Shown piece after piece: positions 15,127 to 24,242 of a DNA stretch of 43,784 nucleotides (position 1 is the stretch's first letter; every line of letters starts with the position of its first letter). A program made the translations under genes and the position numbers. The stretch comes from a virus. Taxonomy: Duplodnaviria > Heunggongvirae > Uroviricota > Caudoviricetes. Below the pieces are notes generated by a model. It did not search any database and was not told the DNA's origin. It saw only the letters and a list, made by a program, of their open reading frames with translations. The stretch lies in IMG/VR virus record IMGVR_UViG_3300042946_001496. The stretch is one strand, 5' to 3'.

Positions 15127-16032
15127 ATGAAAACTAAAAAACGTCATCCTGACCCAAAATCAAAAAAGATTTTGGTTAAAAAGAAGAGGATTGGAAAACA
15201 ATTAAAGCCATCCTCTTTCACTGTTTATTTATATGAGCCTAACGGCGACCCCTTAATTGATAATGGGCTTAAAAGCGAGTCAGAAAGAGTTGTGATAACC
15301 CATCAGACGATGAACAAATATGAATTAGATGTAAAAGTCTTTGCCAAAAAGGATGAAAATTCTGGTTCTTTTACCATATTAGACAAAGTAAGTGATTATA
15401 AGATCGGTCATTTTCCCCGCAGAAAGATTTTTGTAAAAAGAAGTAATGGTTTCATACAACAACTAGATGTTGAAGTTAACACTCCTGCCAAGAAGAGCGG
15501 GGTAAATAATAGCGGATATGGAGAAAAGAAAGATGAAGATGGCAAGGCTCCTCAGCTTCTAAGTTCTGTTGGTAACGATTATCAGATTTTTATAATAAAC
15601 AGAAACTCCTCAGGAATCGCAATTTCTGTTTATTTAAATAGAGATAATCCTGCTGTACGTGCTATCGGGGTATGGAAAGGTGAAGAGTCTCCTTTAAGAA
15701 ACAAATGTAGAAAATATATGCAAAATTGCATTAATCTTGCTCGTCAAAAAAATGACGATTTTTGTGTAAATCTTTCTTCTCTTGATAATTTGAAAAATGA
15801 CCATCTGTTTAAAAATATCGACGTGAACTTAGTTGATATTTATGGAACGGGAGCCGATGCTGTCAAGAATTATATGATTGATCATTTTCTTGGAGATCTT
15901 TTTTATAAGAATCAGAGAAAAGAGTACAGCCCTGATGTATCTAAACTCGTATCTGAAATCCAAAAATTTAATTCAAGAGCAGCTTTTTTATATGAAGAAG
16001 AACAGGCTAAATTAGCTGAAAACCATTCTTAA
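15127..16032 (+). CDS. Hypothetical protein, abutting the GHKL-like gene
   Basis: ATG directly after the upstream TAA; basic N-terminus. Confidence 0.75.
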   Translation: MKTKKRHPDPKSKKILVKKKRIGKQLKPSSFTVYLYEPNGDPLIDNGLKSESERVVITHQTMNKYELDVKVFAKKDENSGSFTILDKVSDYKIGHFPRRKIFVKRSNGFIQQLDVEVNTPAKKSGVNNSGYGEKKDEDGKAPQLLSSVGNDYQIFIINRNSSGIAISVYLNRDNPAVRAIGVWKGEESPLRNKCRKYMQNCINLARQKNDDFCVNLSSLDNLKNDHLFKNIDVNLVDIYGTGADAVKNYMIDHFLGDLFYKNQRKEYSPDVSKLVSEIQKFNSRAAFLYEEEQAKLAENHS

Positions 16033-16053
16033 TTAATTTGTATTGAGAAAAAT

Positions 16054-16086
16054 AAAAAGCCCCGCCGTTTGGTGTGGGCTTTTTTT
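16054..16086. terminator. Intrinsic terminator, possibly bidirectional
   Basis: AAAAAGCCC-loop-GGGCTTTTTTT. Confidence 0.8.
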
Positions 16087-16094
16087 ATTACATC

Positions 16095-16123
16095 TTGAAA
16101 CCGTATAGAGATTTTGGTAAGAT
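16095..16123 (+). promoter_or_regulatory. Sigma70-type promoter with extended -10
   Basis: TTGAAA-N17-TAAGAT, TGG before the -10. Confidence 0.55.
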
Positions 16124-16141
16124 TACACAAAAGGAGAATTT

Positions 16142-16528
16142 ATGAACAAAGCAGATTTCGCTAGGCAGTTACTGAATCTTATTCAGAACGAAGGATTAAT
16201 AGACTCTTTTGAATTAAAAGAAGAAAGTGTAACTATAAAACTTACTCAACAATATACAAACTCTAATGAAATAAATACAACAACAAATAAAACTATTGTT
16301 TTAAATTTAAATCATCCATTATCTAGTGAGTATAGTGTGATTAGAGATGCCGTTATATCAGCTCCATTTTTTTCTCCAGAAACAAATGAGATATATCACG
16401 ATGTTAGCTTAAAGCTTTATCCCCCTGTTCTAGAAAGCTTAAATTCGGGCTCTATTGATGATTATTATTTGGTTGGCAAACAATTAGTTGAAAAATATAA
16501 AGAAACACGTGGCATACAAGGAGTTTAA
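16142..16528 (+). CDS. Hypothetical protein
   Basis: AAGGAG upstream; ORF track. Confidence 0.75.
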   Translation: MNKADFARQLLNLIQNEGLIDSFELKEESVTIKLTQQYTNSNEINTTTNKTIVLNLNHPLSSEYSVIRDAVISAPFFSPETNEIYHDVSLKLYPPVLESLNSGSIDDYYLVGKQLVEKYKETRGIQGV

Positions 16529-16531
16529 AAA

Positions 16532-16795
16532 ATGAATGCAAAACTATTATTTGAAGATAAAAATGTCGATATGATTATAGATCGCCTACCAACATTACAT
16601 GTTGAAGAAAAAGAAGACGCTGTAGTCTTTAAACCAACATCTCAAAGTTGGCTTACTATAAAGACTGATAAAGTTGATCTTTGGGTTGGAAAAAAAGATG
16701 TAGTTTTAGAGCATGGTGATAAAAAGTTTCGTCTTAGTGGATGTGTTTTAAAAAACGGAAGTTTAGTTTTTAATAAAGTTCATTATGCTATTTAA
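16532..16795 (+). CDS. Hypothetical protein, paralog of 23264..23509
   Basis: KLLF...DLW.G.K.V.LE...(F/W).L..C...F...(Y/H)AI shared. Confidence 0.75.
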   Translation: MNAKLLFEDKNVDMIIDRLPTLHVEEKEDAVVFKPTSQSWLTIKTDKVDLWVGKKDVVLEHGDKKFRLSGCVLKNGSLVFNKVHYAI

Positions 16796-16806
16796 AGGAA
16801 ATTAGA

Positions 16807-17187
16807 ATGAGTTATATTATTGTTAAAGTAAATCAAGATTATGACTACGTAGAAGGCGTAGAATACATTGATAGTTTTGTTACTGAGCAAGAAGCTGATA
16901 ATTTCATTAAAGAAAAAACTGAACAAGAACGCACAGAATGGAAAGCTAGAATGTCTTATATTGACGGATATGTTGATGCGATTAATGTTCCTGATACTGA
17001 TTATAATGGTTGGCAAGCTTTTTTAAAACAATATGTTCCGTTTCAGTCTCATTGGACGCCAAAAGATTTTAAAAATGACTTGAAAATTTATTTAAGAAAT
17101 CCTTCATATTCAGTTAATCTTGCTGGATATGATCCGCCGCCCGCTCACAATAAGTGGAATAATTTGTTTATTGTAAAAGTTTCTTAA
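16807..17187 (+). CDS. Hypothetical protein
   Basis: ORF track; AAGGA upstream. Confidence 0.72.
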   Translation: MSYIIVKVNQDYDYVEGVEYIDSFVTEQEADNFIKEKTEQERTEWKARMSYIDGYVDAINVPDTDYNGWQAFLKQYVPFQSHWTPKDFKNDLKIYLRNPSYSVNLAGYDPPPAHNKWNNLFIVKVS

Positions 17188-17227
17188 CACTTTTTATGGA
17201 TTCTTTTTAGAAAGCTAAAGTGCCGTT

Positions 17228-17773
17228 ATGCAAAAACCAATTAAACCAAAAAAACCACTAAAAAATGAATCTGTGCCGTCTAAAACCATCACTGTGCGTA
17301 AATTATTGGTAAGCATTAAAAATAAGTTTTTATTAATTGATCATAAAAGTCATCCGGATGTTTTTTCTGATCCGGATGCAGTCGCCGCCGAGGTTTTCAG
17401 GCTGCGATACTTCGTTGAAACAAAAACGATTAGTCAAGATTTAACTCCTTATTGTGATTCTATGGAGGAGTTGGGCATTGATTGGTATTTTGATCGATTG
17501 AAATATAGTGATTATAAAAAGATCGCAGAAGATTGTCGTTTTACAATGCATGACCAAGGTTTATTTGTTGATTTTGAAATAGAACATGTTCGTGATAATG
17601 ATGGTTATTATAACTATTCAATTGTAAGGTATAATACTCTTGATCCTGAATATGATTCTAAAATAGAAAAGTATAGCAATAGATTTGGTGAATATAAAAA
17701 ACAATTAGAAAAATATGAAGCTGAATTAAAAAAATATGAAGAATTGAAAAAGTCTGAAAAGAAAAAAAATTAG
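17228..17773 (+). CDS. Hypothetical protein with C-terminal coiled coil
   Basis: ORF track. Confidence 0.7.
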   Translation: MQKPIKPKKPLKNESVPSKTITVRKLLVSIKNKFLLIDHKSHPDVFSDPDAVAAEVFRLRYFVETKTISQDLTPYCDSMEELGIDWYFDRLKYSDYKKIAEDCRFTMHDQGLFVDFEIEHVRDNDGYYNYSIVRYNTLDPEYDSKIEKYSNRFGEYKKQLEKYEAELKKYEELKKSEKKKN

Positions 17774-17810
17774 AACTTGAACTAGAAAAATTATCTTAGA
17801 GAAATAATTT

Positions 17811-18014
17811 ATGAACAATATATTTAATTTTAAAAAAAAATATCGTTGGGCTTTAGAAGGAACTTTTCCTAATGGTGATTTAAAGCCTATTTTTGTAAAA
17901 ATTTATTCTGATCCTGAAGTGGAAAATTATTTTACTGTGTGTATTCATGAGGATGGATGTGATCCACCAATTGCTAAAAAACTTGGACCTATGTTTGTTG
18001 TGAAAACACCTTAA
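17811..18014 (+). CDS. Truncated duplicate of the 18421 gene 5' end (possible pseudogene)
   Basis: PIFVKIYSDPEVENYFTVCIHE identical, also at DNA level, to 18421..19260. Confidence 0.55.
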   Translation: MNNIFNFKKKYRWALEGTFPNGDLKPIFVKIYSDPEVENYFTVCIHEDGCDPPIAKKLGPMFVVKTP

Positions 18015-18027
18015 AAAAGAAAACATT

Positions 18028-18234
18028 ATGTCTTTATTATGTTTTTTAAGAATTCATAAATACGGAGAAATAAAACCCGATCCTCTACAAATGGGAGTTC
18101 ATGTTTTGTTTTGGACATGGGCAAGTCAGACTGGTGAAAAGACTTGTGAGCGTTGTGGCAAAGTTCAAAAATTAAGTAGAGCAGGTTTTTATGGTGTTGG
18201 TGGAGATAATCCACCGTGGAGAAAAACCAATTGA
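18028..18234 (+). CDS. Small protein with CxxC
   Basis: KTCERCG; ORF track. Confidence 0.6.
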   Translation: MSLLCFLRIHKYGEIKPDPLQMGVHVLFWTWASQTGEKTCERCGKVQKLSRAGFYGVGGDNPPWRKTN

Positions 18235-18416
18235 TTAAAGTTAAAGCATTTTTTGACTGTGGTTGCTGTCATGTTATAATGAAATTCAAAAGTAAAAGTT
18301 CAGCTGAAAAAGCATTTAAAAAAGCTGGACTTGGTAATTCTCAGACTGTAGTTGACGACAAAAATGTTGTTCATGAAAAGATTGATACCTTCTATGGATT
18401 CTCTTTAGAAAGTTAA
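18216..18416 (+). CDS. Hypothetical protein
   Basis: ORF track (GTG start); DCGCC. Confidence 0.55.
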   Translation: MEKNQLIKVKAFFDCGCCHVIMKFKSKSSAEKAFKKAGLGNSQTVVDDKNVVHEKIDTFYGFSLES

Positions 18417-18420
18417 AATT

Positions 18421-19260
18421 ATGAAAAAAAAATATCGATGGTCTTTGGAAGGTACTTTTCCCAATAGTCTAGGACCTATTTTTGTAAAAATTTATTCTGA
18501 TCCTGAAGTGGAAAATTATTTTACTGTGTGTATTCATGAGATCGATACAGTAAAATTTAATGAGATTTCTAATCTTGTTCAAACAGGTGAGTTTAAATTA
18601 ACAAAATATGATGGTATTGGCAATATAGTAGAAGAACATATTTTAAAAGAAGCTTCTATAGAAAAAATAGACTTTTATGATTATTCCGAAGACCCAGGGA
18701 CTGATTATTTTGATGTTGTAATGAAAATTAAGTATCGTAGTTTGCATATTAATATTCACAAAGAAGAATTTTCAGACAAAATTCGTCCTTTTCTACAAAA
18801 TTTAAACAGATCAGAAGGTTTATTAAAATTTCATGATGATCATATTGATCTGATAATGTCCGCCAAAGGATCGAGTTATAATCATCAAACATGGATTGGT
18901 GGTTATCATGATCACCTTGTTCATTGCTTTGTTTTAGGGCAAAACTTATATAAGTTCTTTAAAGATAATAATGTATCTTTAGAATTTAGCTTTGAAAGCG
19001 TTGTAGTAGTTGTTTATTTTCACGATATAGAGAAAATATTTAAGTATAACAACAAGACACCGGAACCTACTGAAGTTTTACTTGAACGATATCATATAGT
19101 TCTTGATGATCAAGAGAAAAACGCTCTTAAATACGCTCATGGAGAAGGATCTGATTATTCTAAGGAAAAAAGAGTATCTTCTCAATTAGCAGGCTTTTTG
19201 CATTCAATAGACAATCTTTCAGCAAGAGTTCTTTACGACACAAAGGAATTAAATTCATGA
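18421..19260 (+). CDS. Fusion: degenerate gp19-like tail-tube domain plus HD-superfamily phosphohydrolase
   Basis: C-terminal HD motifs (GSSYNHQTWIGGYHDH, YFHDIEK, AHGEG, IDNLS); N-terminal LTKYDGIGNIVEEHILKEASIEKIDF resembles T4-like gp19 family. Confidence 0.6.
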   Translation: MKKKYRWSLEGTFPNSLGPIFVKIYSDPEVENYFTVCIHEIDTVKFNEISNLVQTGEFKLTKYDGIGNIVEEHILKEASIEKIDFYDYSEDPGTDYFDVVMKIKYRSLHINIHKEEFSDKIRPFLQNLNRSEGLLKFHDDHIDLIMSAKGSSYNHQTWIGGYHDHLVHCFVLGQNLYKFFKDNNVSLEFSFESVVVVVYFHDIEKIFKYNNKTPEPTEVLLERYHIVLDDQEKNALKYAHGEGSDYSKEKRVSSQLAGFLHSIDNLSARVLYDTKELNS

Positions 19261-19556
19261 AAAGAAAAATTGTAAAAGAAATTAATTTATTAGATTATGA
19301 GATTCTTTTTAATGGAACTATTGACGATATAATTTCTCGTCTTCAAACTAAATTAGAAGAAGGTTGGGAAGGTGTTGAGTCACATGGAGAATATGACTCA
19401 CATGAATATTATCTTTATAAGCACCGTCCTGAAAATGATGAAGAATATGCATTAAGAATGAAGAAGATTGAAAAAGAAAAACTAAAAAATAAACAAGAAA
19501 AAGAAGCTCGTCGCAAAATGTATGAAATATTAAAGAAAGAATTTGGTGATTCGTGA
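19257..19556 (+). CDS. Hypothetical protein
   Basis: ATGA overlap with the upstream gene. Confidence 0.72.
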   Translation: MKRKIVKEINLLDYEILFNGTIDDIISRLQTKLEEGWEGVESHGEYDSHEYYLYKHRPENDEEYALRMKKIEKEKLKNKQEKEARRKMYEILKKEFGDS

Positions 19557-19780
19557 CAAATAAAATAACAATTGTTTTGGAAGATTCAGAAAAAACAATT
19601 ATTTTATCACGGTTAAAAACAAATCAAAATATTGTTGTTTTTGATAAAGATCAATATGATTGCCCACACTGGAGGAAATTTCACACTCTTTGTTATTTTT
19701 CAAAAAATATCGAAAAAACATGCTGTGTAAAGATAATGGGAATTTCTGCCCCTGATGGCAATTATTATAAGGTTGTTTAA
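19553..19780 (+). CDS. Hypothetical protein
   Basis: GTGA overlap with the upstream gene. Confidence 0.6.
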   Translation: MTNKITIVLEDSEKTIILSRLKTNQNIVVFDKDQYDCPHWRKFHTLCYFSKNIEKTCCVKIMGISAPDGNYYKVV

Positions 19781-20003
19781 TTTTAAAAATTGTTTGCATA
19801 AAATCAATAGCAATAATTTTGATTAAGTTACGATGTATAAAATAGTAGTATAAAATAAAATAAAATTTGAACTCTTCATGATTTATGTATTAAAAACTGT
19901 TAACTTTTAATTTGTATTCGAGAGAGAAAAAGTTCCGCCCGAAAATCTACTAATTTTAGAAAAAATCTACTATATTAGTATTAAGTAATAGGAGGTAGTA
20001 ATT

Positions 20004-21047
20004 ATGGAAGAGAATATGTTAAGTATTAGCGAAGCAGCAAAATTATTAGGTGTTTGTGAAAATACACTAAGAGATTGGGATATAGAAGGTAAATTTTTAG
20101 CATTTAGAACAGCAGGTAATCATAGACGTTATTCATTAGAACAAATAAGAGATTATCTTTCGAAAAATCCTCCTAAGCCTGAGCCAATGTCGATGGAGCG
20201 GCTTTCCCGCTCCTGCTCTCGACCTACTAGTCCAGAAAATTATAAAGGATATGAATATTGGAAAGAATTTGTTGAAGATATAAAAGATATTGATCAAAAA
20301 AAGATTATTTCAATTCTTTTATCAAATATATATGATTATCAAAATGTTGAATCTGTTTTCTCAACAAAACAAATGCTATGGCTTACAAAAGAATCTTGGT
20401 TGAGATCAAGATTTAAACATACAGTTTCAGTTCAACCAATGACAGGTCCTGCAAGTTTGATTTATTTTTGCAATATTTCTGACAAAACGCTTACAGTTTT
20501 AAATGAAGGTATAGCCGCTAAGACATTAGAACTAAATTTTAATTTATTTTCAAAAGTAAATTTTGATCAAATGAAAGAAGTTTATGCAGATGCTATAGCA
20601 TCAGAAATTGATTCTTATATTTTTAGTAATCTGTTGAATAAAATGAGTTTTGAACCTTGGATGGATGGGCTAGCAGGTCCAATGTCTGACGAAATGTTAG
20701 AAGAAATATTAAAATCTTATGATTATATAATAGGACCTGAAGATTTAATAAATAAGATTAAGAATAAGTTATGCATAAATGATGTTCATGATAATCTTAA
20801 ATATTATAAGTATATTGAATCTTTACAAAGACAGAAGTATATTGATCTATTTGTTATTCCCCCATATTTAGATCCTGATTCTTTTACTGTTAGCATTGCT
20901 GGTGGTAAGTATCCGACTTCGAATTTAACTTTGCCAATATTTGCTCCTTATATATTATTTATTACTGCTGGTGTGTTGGGGTCATCTTTCTACTCTGTTT
21001 TATCGAGATTAGGAAGTTTTACTGATTCTGATGTTAGGAAACGCTAA
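20004..21047 (+). CDS. MerR/excisionase-type HTH fused to degenerate T4 gp23-like major capsid domain
   Basis: LSISEAAKLLGVCENTLRDWDIEG...RTAGNHRRYS (HTH); VSVQPMTGPASLIYF (gp23 signature VQPMTGPTGLIF); FAPYI near C-terminus; GGAGG upstream. Confidence 0.7.
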   Translation: MEENMLSISEAAKLLGVCENTLRDWDIEGKFLAFRTAGNHRRYSLEQIRDYLSKNPPKPEPMSMERLSRSCSRPTSPENYKGYEYWKEFVEDIKDIDQKKIISILLSNIYDYQNVESVFSTKQMLWLTKESWLRSRFKHTVSVQPMTGPASLIYFCNISDKTLTVLNEGIAAKTLELNFNLFSKVNFDQMKEVYADAIASEIDSYIFSNLLNKMSFEPWMDGLAGPMSDEMLEEILKSYDYIIGPEDLINKIKNKLCINDVHDNLKYYKYIESLQRQKYIDLFVIPPYLDPDSFTVSIAGGKYPTSNLTLPIFAPYILFITAGVLGSSFYSVLSRLGSFTDSDVRKR

Positions 21048-21086
21048 TTTTTAATTTGTATTCAAGAAGGAAAAATTTCGCCCGCC

Positions 21087-21416
21087 ATGATTTACACATA
21101 TTTTAATGACGATGAGATTAAAGCTTTTGAAAAAGTAAGCGATAATTTTGTAAATGATTTATTTCAAGAAGTTAGAAGTTTAAATGAAAAGTATTATTTA
21201 GAAGAATACATTTTTGTAGAGAAAAAACTTTTTAAAAAAATTGAAAAGAAAGTTTATACATTATACTATAAGGTTAGTGCTTGTGAATATCAAATTGTCA
21301 ACTTTGCACCTGTACTTGAAAGTAGTATAAATATCAATGTAGACAAAGTTGCAATTTGTAGTTATTTAATTGGATTTTTAAATGGAGCAAGATTTCACAA
21401 GACTATGCAAATTTAA
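21087..21416 (+). CDS. Hypothetical protein
   Basis: ORF track. Confidence 0.7.
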   Translation: MIYTYFNDDEIKAFEKVSDNFVNDLFQEVRSLNEKYYLEEYIFVEKKLFKKIEKKVYTLYYKVSACEYQIVNFAPVLESSININVDKVAICSYLIGFLNGARFHKTMQI

Positions 21417-21417
21417 C

Positions 21418-21489
21418 GCCGATGTAGCACAACGGTAGTGCAATTGATTTGTAATCAATAGGTTGAAGGTTCGATTCCTTTCATCGGCT
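21418..21489 (+). tRNA. trnT: tRNA-Thr(TGT)
   Basis: GCCGATG/CATCGGC acceptor; ATTGA-TTTGTAA-TCAAT anticodon arm; TTCGATT T loop. Confidence 0.92.
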
Positions 21490-21513
21490 TTTGGAACTTT
21501 GGCAGGTAAATTT

Positions 21514-21600
21514 AGAAGTCAGGCAGATATTGGTTTGCTGCACCGCTTTGCTAAAGCGGACCGGGTAAAACCGGTAAGGGTTCAATTCCCTTGGCTTCTG
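21514..21600 (+). tRNA. trnS: tRNA-Ser(GCT)
   Basis: AGAAGTC/GGCTTCT acceptor; CCGCT-TTGCTAA-AGCGG; long variable arm ACCGG/CCGGT; AAGGG-TTCAATT-CCCTT; G discriminator. Confidence 0.92.
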
Positions 21601-21671
21601 TTTTGTAGATCAAAAAGATATAAAAACTTTTAATTTCTACTCTTAGAGAAAAAGTTCCGTCCCTAGTATTT

Positions 21672-23213
21672 CTAAGCATTTGAATTATTCATATACATGG
21701 TTACTACATCAGAAATATACTTATTTTTATTAGAACTATAGTCTTTTAGAATATTGTTCAGTTTTTCATCACTTAAATTTTTAAGCCAAGAAACTTGTTT
21801 GTTGTGTTTTCTTTTAATTTCATTTAGTTTATTGAAAACATTTTTATTTTTATCAATCATATCTAAAATTATTTTTTTTGGAGAAAAAAGATGAATAGCA
21901 AAATACGGAATATAAACAGGATTTAATTCTTTTATATTTTTAGAAGTTTTTATTTCATGTAAAGGCACTTCTTTATTATCATTCAGCTTTTGTATAAAAT
22001 CTTCTTTGTAGTTTTCAACTCTGTTTAAAATTTCTTGAATAGTTTCTTCACTATATAGAGGCTCATCTCCATGACTTTCATATTCATTAAGATATTCCAA
22101 TGTATCTTTAACAACTTTTTTTATGTTTTTAATTAATTCAGAAGGTTTATTATATAAAAATGATATATTGTCACAAGGATTAAATCTACGATACTCACCC
22201 ATACCGGGCATTTTTGCTGGTTCGAGGAAATATTCTTCTCTTTTATGTTCTCCGCTTTTAAGATTCATGAGCAATTCTTTATGATTTTTTTTAAATTTAT
22301 TAATAGAATAAACGTAAGCTGTTGCTGGTTTAAGGTCGTTTTGCAGTAAACGTTGTAAATCATTCGGAGAACTTTCTTTAATCATATCTCTGGCGGCATT
22401 TTCATAAATCCAAACAGATTCCTTAGCTGCCAGCTCCGTGGGAAGTCCGGATGGGACGGTATGCCCTCCAGCAGAAAAAAAGTTGAATTTTTCTCTAACG
22501 TCTTTCCAAAAATCTCGTTCCAATAAGTATAAAATATGTTCTAAAGGTTCTGCATCAACGTGACCTTTTGCTGCAACACCTGAATTATCATCTTCTACAA
22601 AATTTGCTATAGGTTTTATCCAAGGATAATCTTTAATTATTCTTTCCAATGTATTGTAGTTTTTATCTCCCATATTATCTGCAAGAGTTATACTGTATCT
22701 TGATACTATATTCATCAAAGATGCGTTGTATACAAAAAGAACTATTAAGTGTCTGTTGTCATTGTGCGGCAGGTTTTCATTAAATATAAAATAAGGTGTA
22801 CCTTGTTTATCTATTCTATAGTGACCATATATGCTATCCTTACCTCTAGCACTTATGCAAAAGGTGTAACCTTCTCCATATCTTATACAGCTATTTCTAT
22901 TTTTGCCTAAGTATATTTTAATTTTATTTTGATTATATAAAAGATTAGGATCAGCAGTATTTGTATCAAGCTTACCGGCTTTTATTCTTTTGCTCCCTCC
23001 GTAGCCATCAACGGCTTCTTCAAGCTCTTTCCAACTATATGTGTTTATATCTTTGTTAGGAAGATTATTTTTAATTCTGTCAAATTTGTCAATGTAACCT
23101 GCTATAGTAGTTGAAGAAAGTCCAGGAGATTCACTTTGAAATTTTTTAGTTAAAGTTTCTATTAAATTTTGACCATATTCATTTAATATATTATAAAGCT
23201 GATAGAAGTTCAT
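21672..23213 (-). CDS. Putative internal head protein (PcfJ-related central region)
   Basis: MNFYQLYNILNE; KDINTY, CIRYGEGYTFCIS motifs recalled from large-phage virion proteins. Confidence 0.6.
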   Translation of the reverse strand: MNFYQLYNILNEYGQNLIETLTKKFQSESPGLSSTTIAGYIDKFDRIKNNLPNKDINTYSWKELEEAVDGYGGSKRIKAGKLDTNTADPNLLYNQNKIKIYLGKNRNSCIRYGEGYTFCISARGKDSIYGHYRIDKQGTPYFIFNENLPHNDNRHLIVLFVYNASLMNIVSRYSITLADNMGDKNYNTLERIIKDYPWIKPIANFVEDDNSGVAAKGHVDAEPLEHILYLLERDFWKDVREKFNFFSAGGHTVPSGLPTELAAKESVWIYENAARDMIKESSPNDLQRLLQNDLKPATAYVYSINKFKKNHKELLMNLKSGEHKREEYFLEPAKMPGMGEYRRFNPCDNISFLYNKPSELIKNIKKVVKDTLEYLNEYESHGDEPLYSEETIQEILNRVENYKEDFIQKLNDNKEVPLHEIKTSKNIKELNPVYIPYFAIHLFSPKKIILDMIDKNKNVFNKLNEIKRKHNKQVSWLKNLSDEKLNNILKDYSSNKNKYISDVVTMYMNNSNA

Positions 23214-23263
23214 ATATTATATACCAATTTGATTATTTTTTTAATTTGTTGTATAACTAGAGT

Positions 23264-23509
23264 ATGATGCGTAGTAAGTTGCTTTTTGACAACAAAGAAA
23301 TAGTTGTTAATTTAGAATCTCCTCCAAAGTTTAGTTTTGAAAAAACTAAAAATAAAGCATCTTGGATGCCACTTAAAATTGATAAAAGTGATCTTTGGGA
23401 CGGTGAAAAAAACGTATGCCTAGAATACAACGATGAACTTTGGTGTTTAAAAAACTGTTTTTGTAAAGATTATTATTTAAATTTTAGCAGTATTAAACAT
23501 GCTATTTAA
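23264..23509 (+). CDS. Hypothetical protein, paralog of 16532..16795
   Basis: Shared motifs as above. Confidence 0.72.
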   Translation: MMRSKLLFDNKEIVVNLESPPKFSFEKTKNKASWMPLKIDKSDLWDGEKNVCLEYNDELWCLKNCFCKDYYLNFSSIKHAI

Positions 23510-23687
23510 GCTCGTTAATTTCTCTAATTATTTTTCTTGCTAAGTTTGCTGTTCCAACTATTCTTCCTTCTGTGTAGTCATCTAGTCCGTATCCTAATTT
23601 ACACTCTCTTTTCTTTTGTTGTTCTATTGCGTCTTGACATAATTTTACAATTTTGCATAATTTTTCATCTGTTGAATTTTTCTTCAT
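23502..23687 (-). CDS. Hypothetical protein
   Basis: ORF track; TATAAT-like element just upstream. Confidence 0.6.
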   Translation of the reverse strand: MKKNSTDEKLCKIVKLCQDAIEQQKKRECKLGYGLDDYTEGRIVGTANLARKIIREINELK

Positions 23688-23732
23688 AATATATTATATT
23701 AAACTTTTTGAAGTTTTTTAAAAGAGATTTTT

Positions 23733-24242
23733 ATGAAGAGTGATGAAGAACTATTAACAGCCTGGGGTAGAACTAGGATGTTAGATGATTTTCGAGATGA
23801 AGATAAATTAAATTTATGCTATCTATTAGAGACTCAGCTTGCATTTAATAATTATTGCCAACATAACAACACTGTGTTTATAAGGCTTTCAATACCTATT
23901 GTTAGAAGATTAGTTGCGGTTAATAACAATTTTTTAAAAATGAAAAGCGGAAGAAGTGAAAAAATACCAATTAATAATTACTGTTTAACAGGATTGTTAG
24001 ATAATATATTTTATGATTTTGAAAAAGCAAGGCTTAGATACCAAATTATGCTTGATTATGAATGCGATATTATTTTCAATTTAATTGAAAAATCTTCAAA
24101 AAAATTAAACAGAATATTAAATCATAATAACAATGCTATTTTTATGGGACTTGATATTGCTTATATTATAAAAAACGATACAGAATTTAAAGGTAATTTA
24201 ATATTTAGATGGTGGAATAAAACTAATTATCTATTCTATTAG
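23733..24242 (+). CDS. Degenerate gp23-like major capsid N-terminal homolog
   Basis: ELLTAWGRTRMLDDF...LCYLLETQ...FIRLSIPIVRRL parallels the gp23-family W..LL.. / LLENQ / P(L/I)VRR pattern. Confidence 0.5.
   Translation: MKSDEELLTAWGRTRMLDDFRDEDKLNLCYLLETQLAFNNYCQHNNTVFIRLSIPIVRRLVAVNNNFLKMKSGRSEKIPINNYCLTGLLDNIFYDFEKARLRYQIMLDYECDIIFNLIEKSSKKLNRILNHNNNAIFMGLDIAYIIKNDTEFKGNLIFRWWNKTNYLFY

Noticed and set aside
20004-20160. IS607-type transposase
   Set aside because: Only the N-terminal HTH matches; no serine-recombinase catalytic domain or TnpB follows
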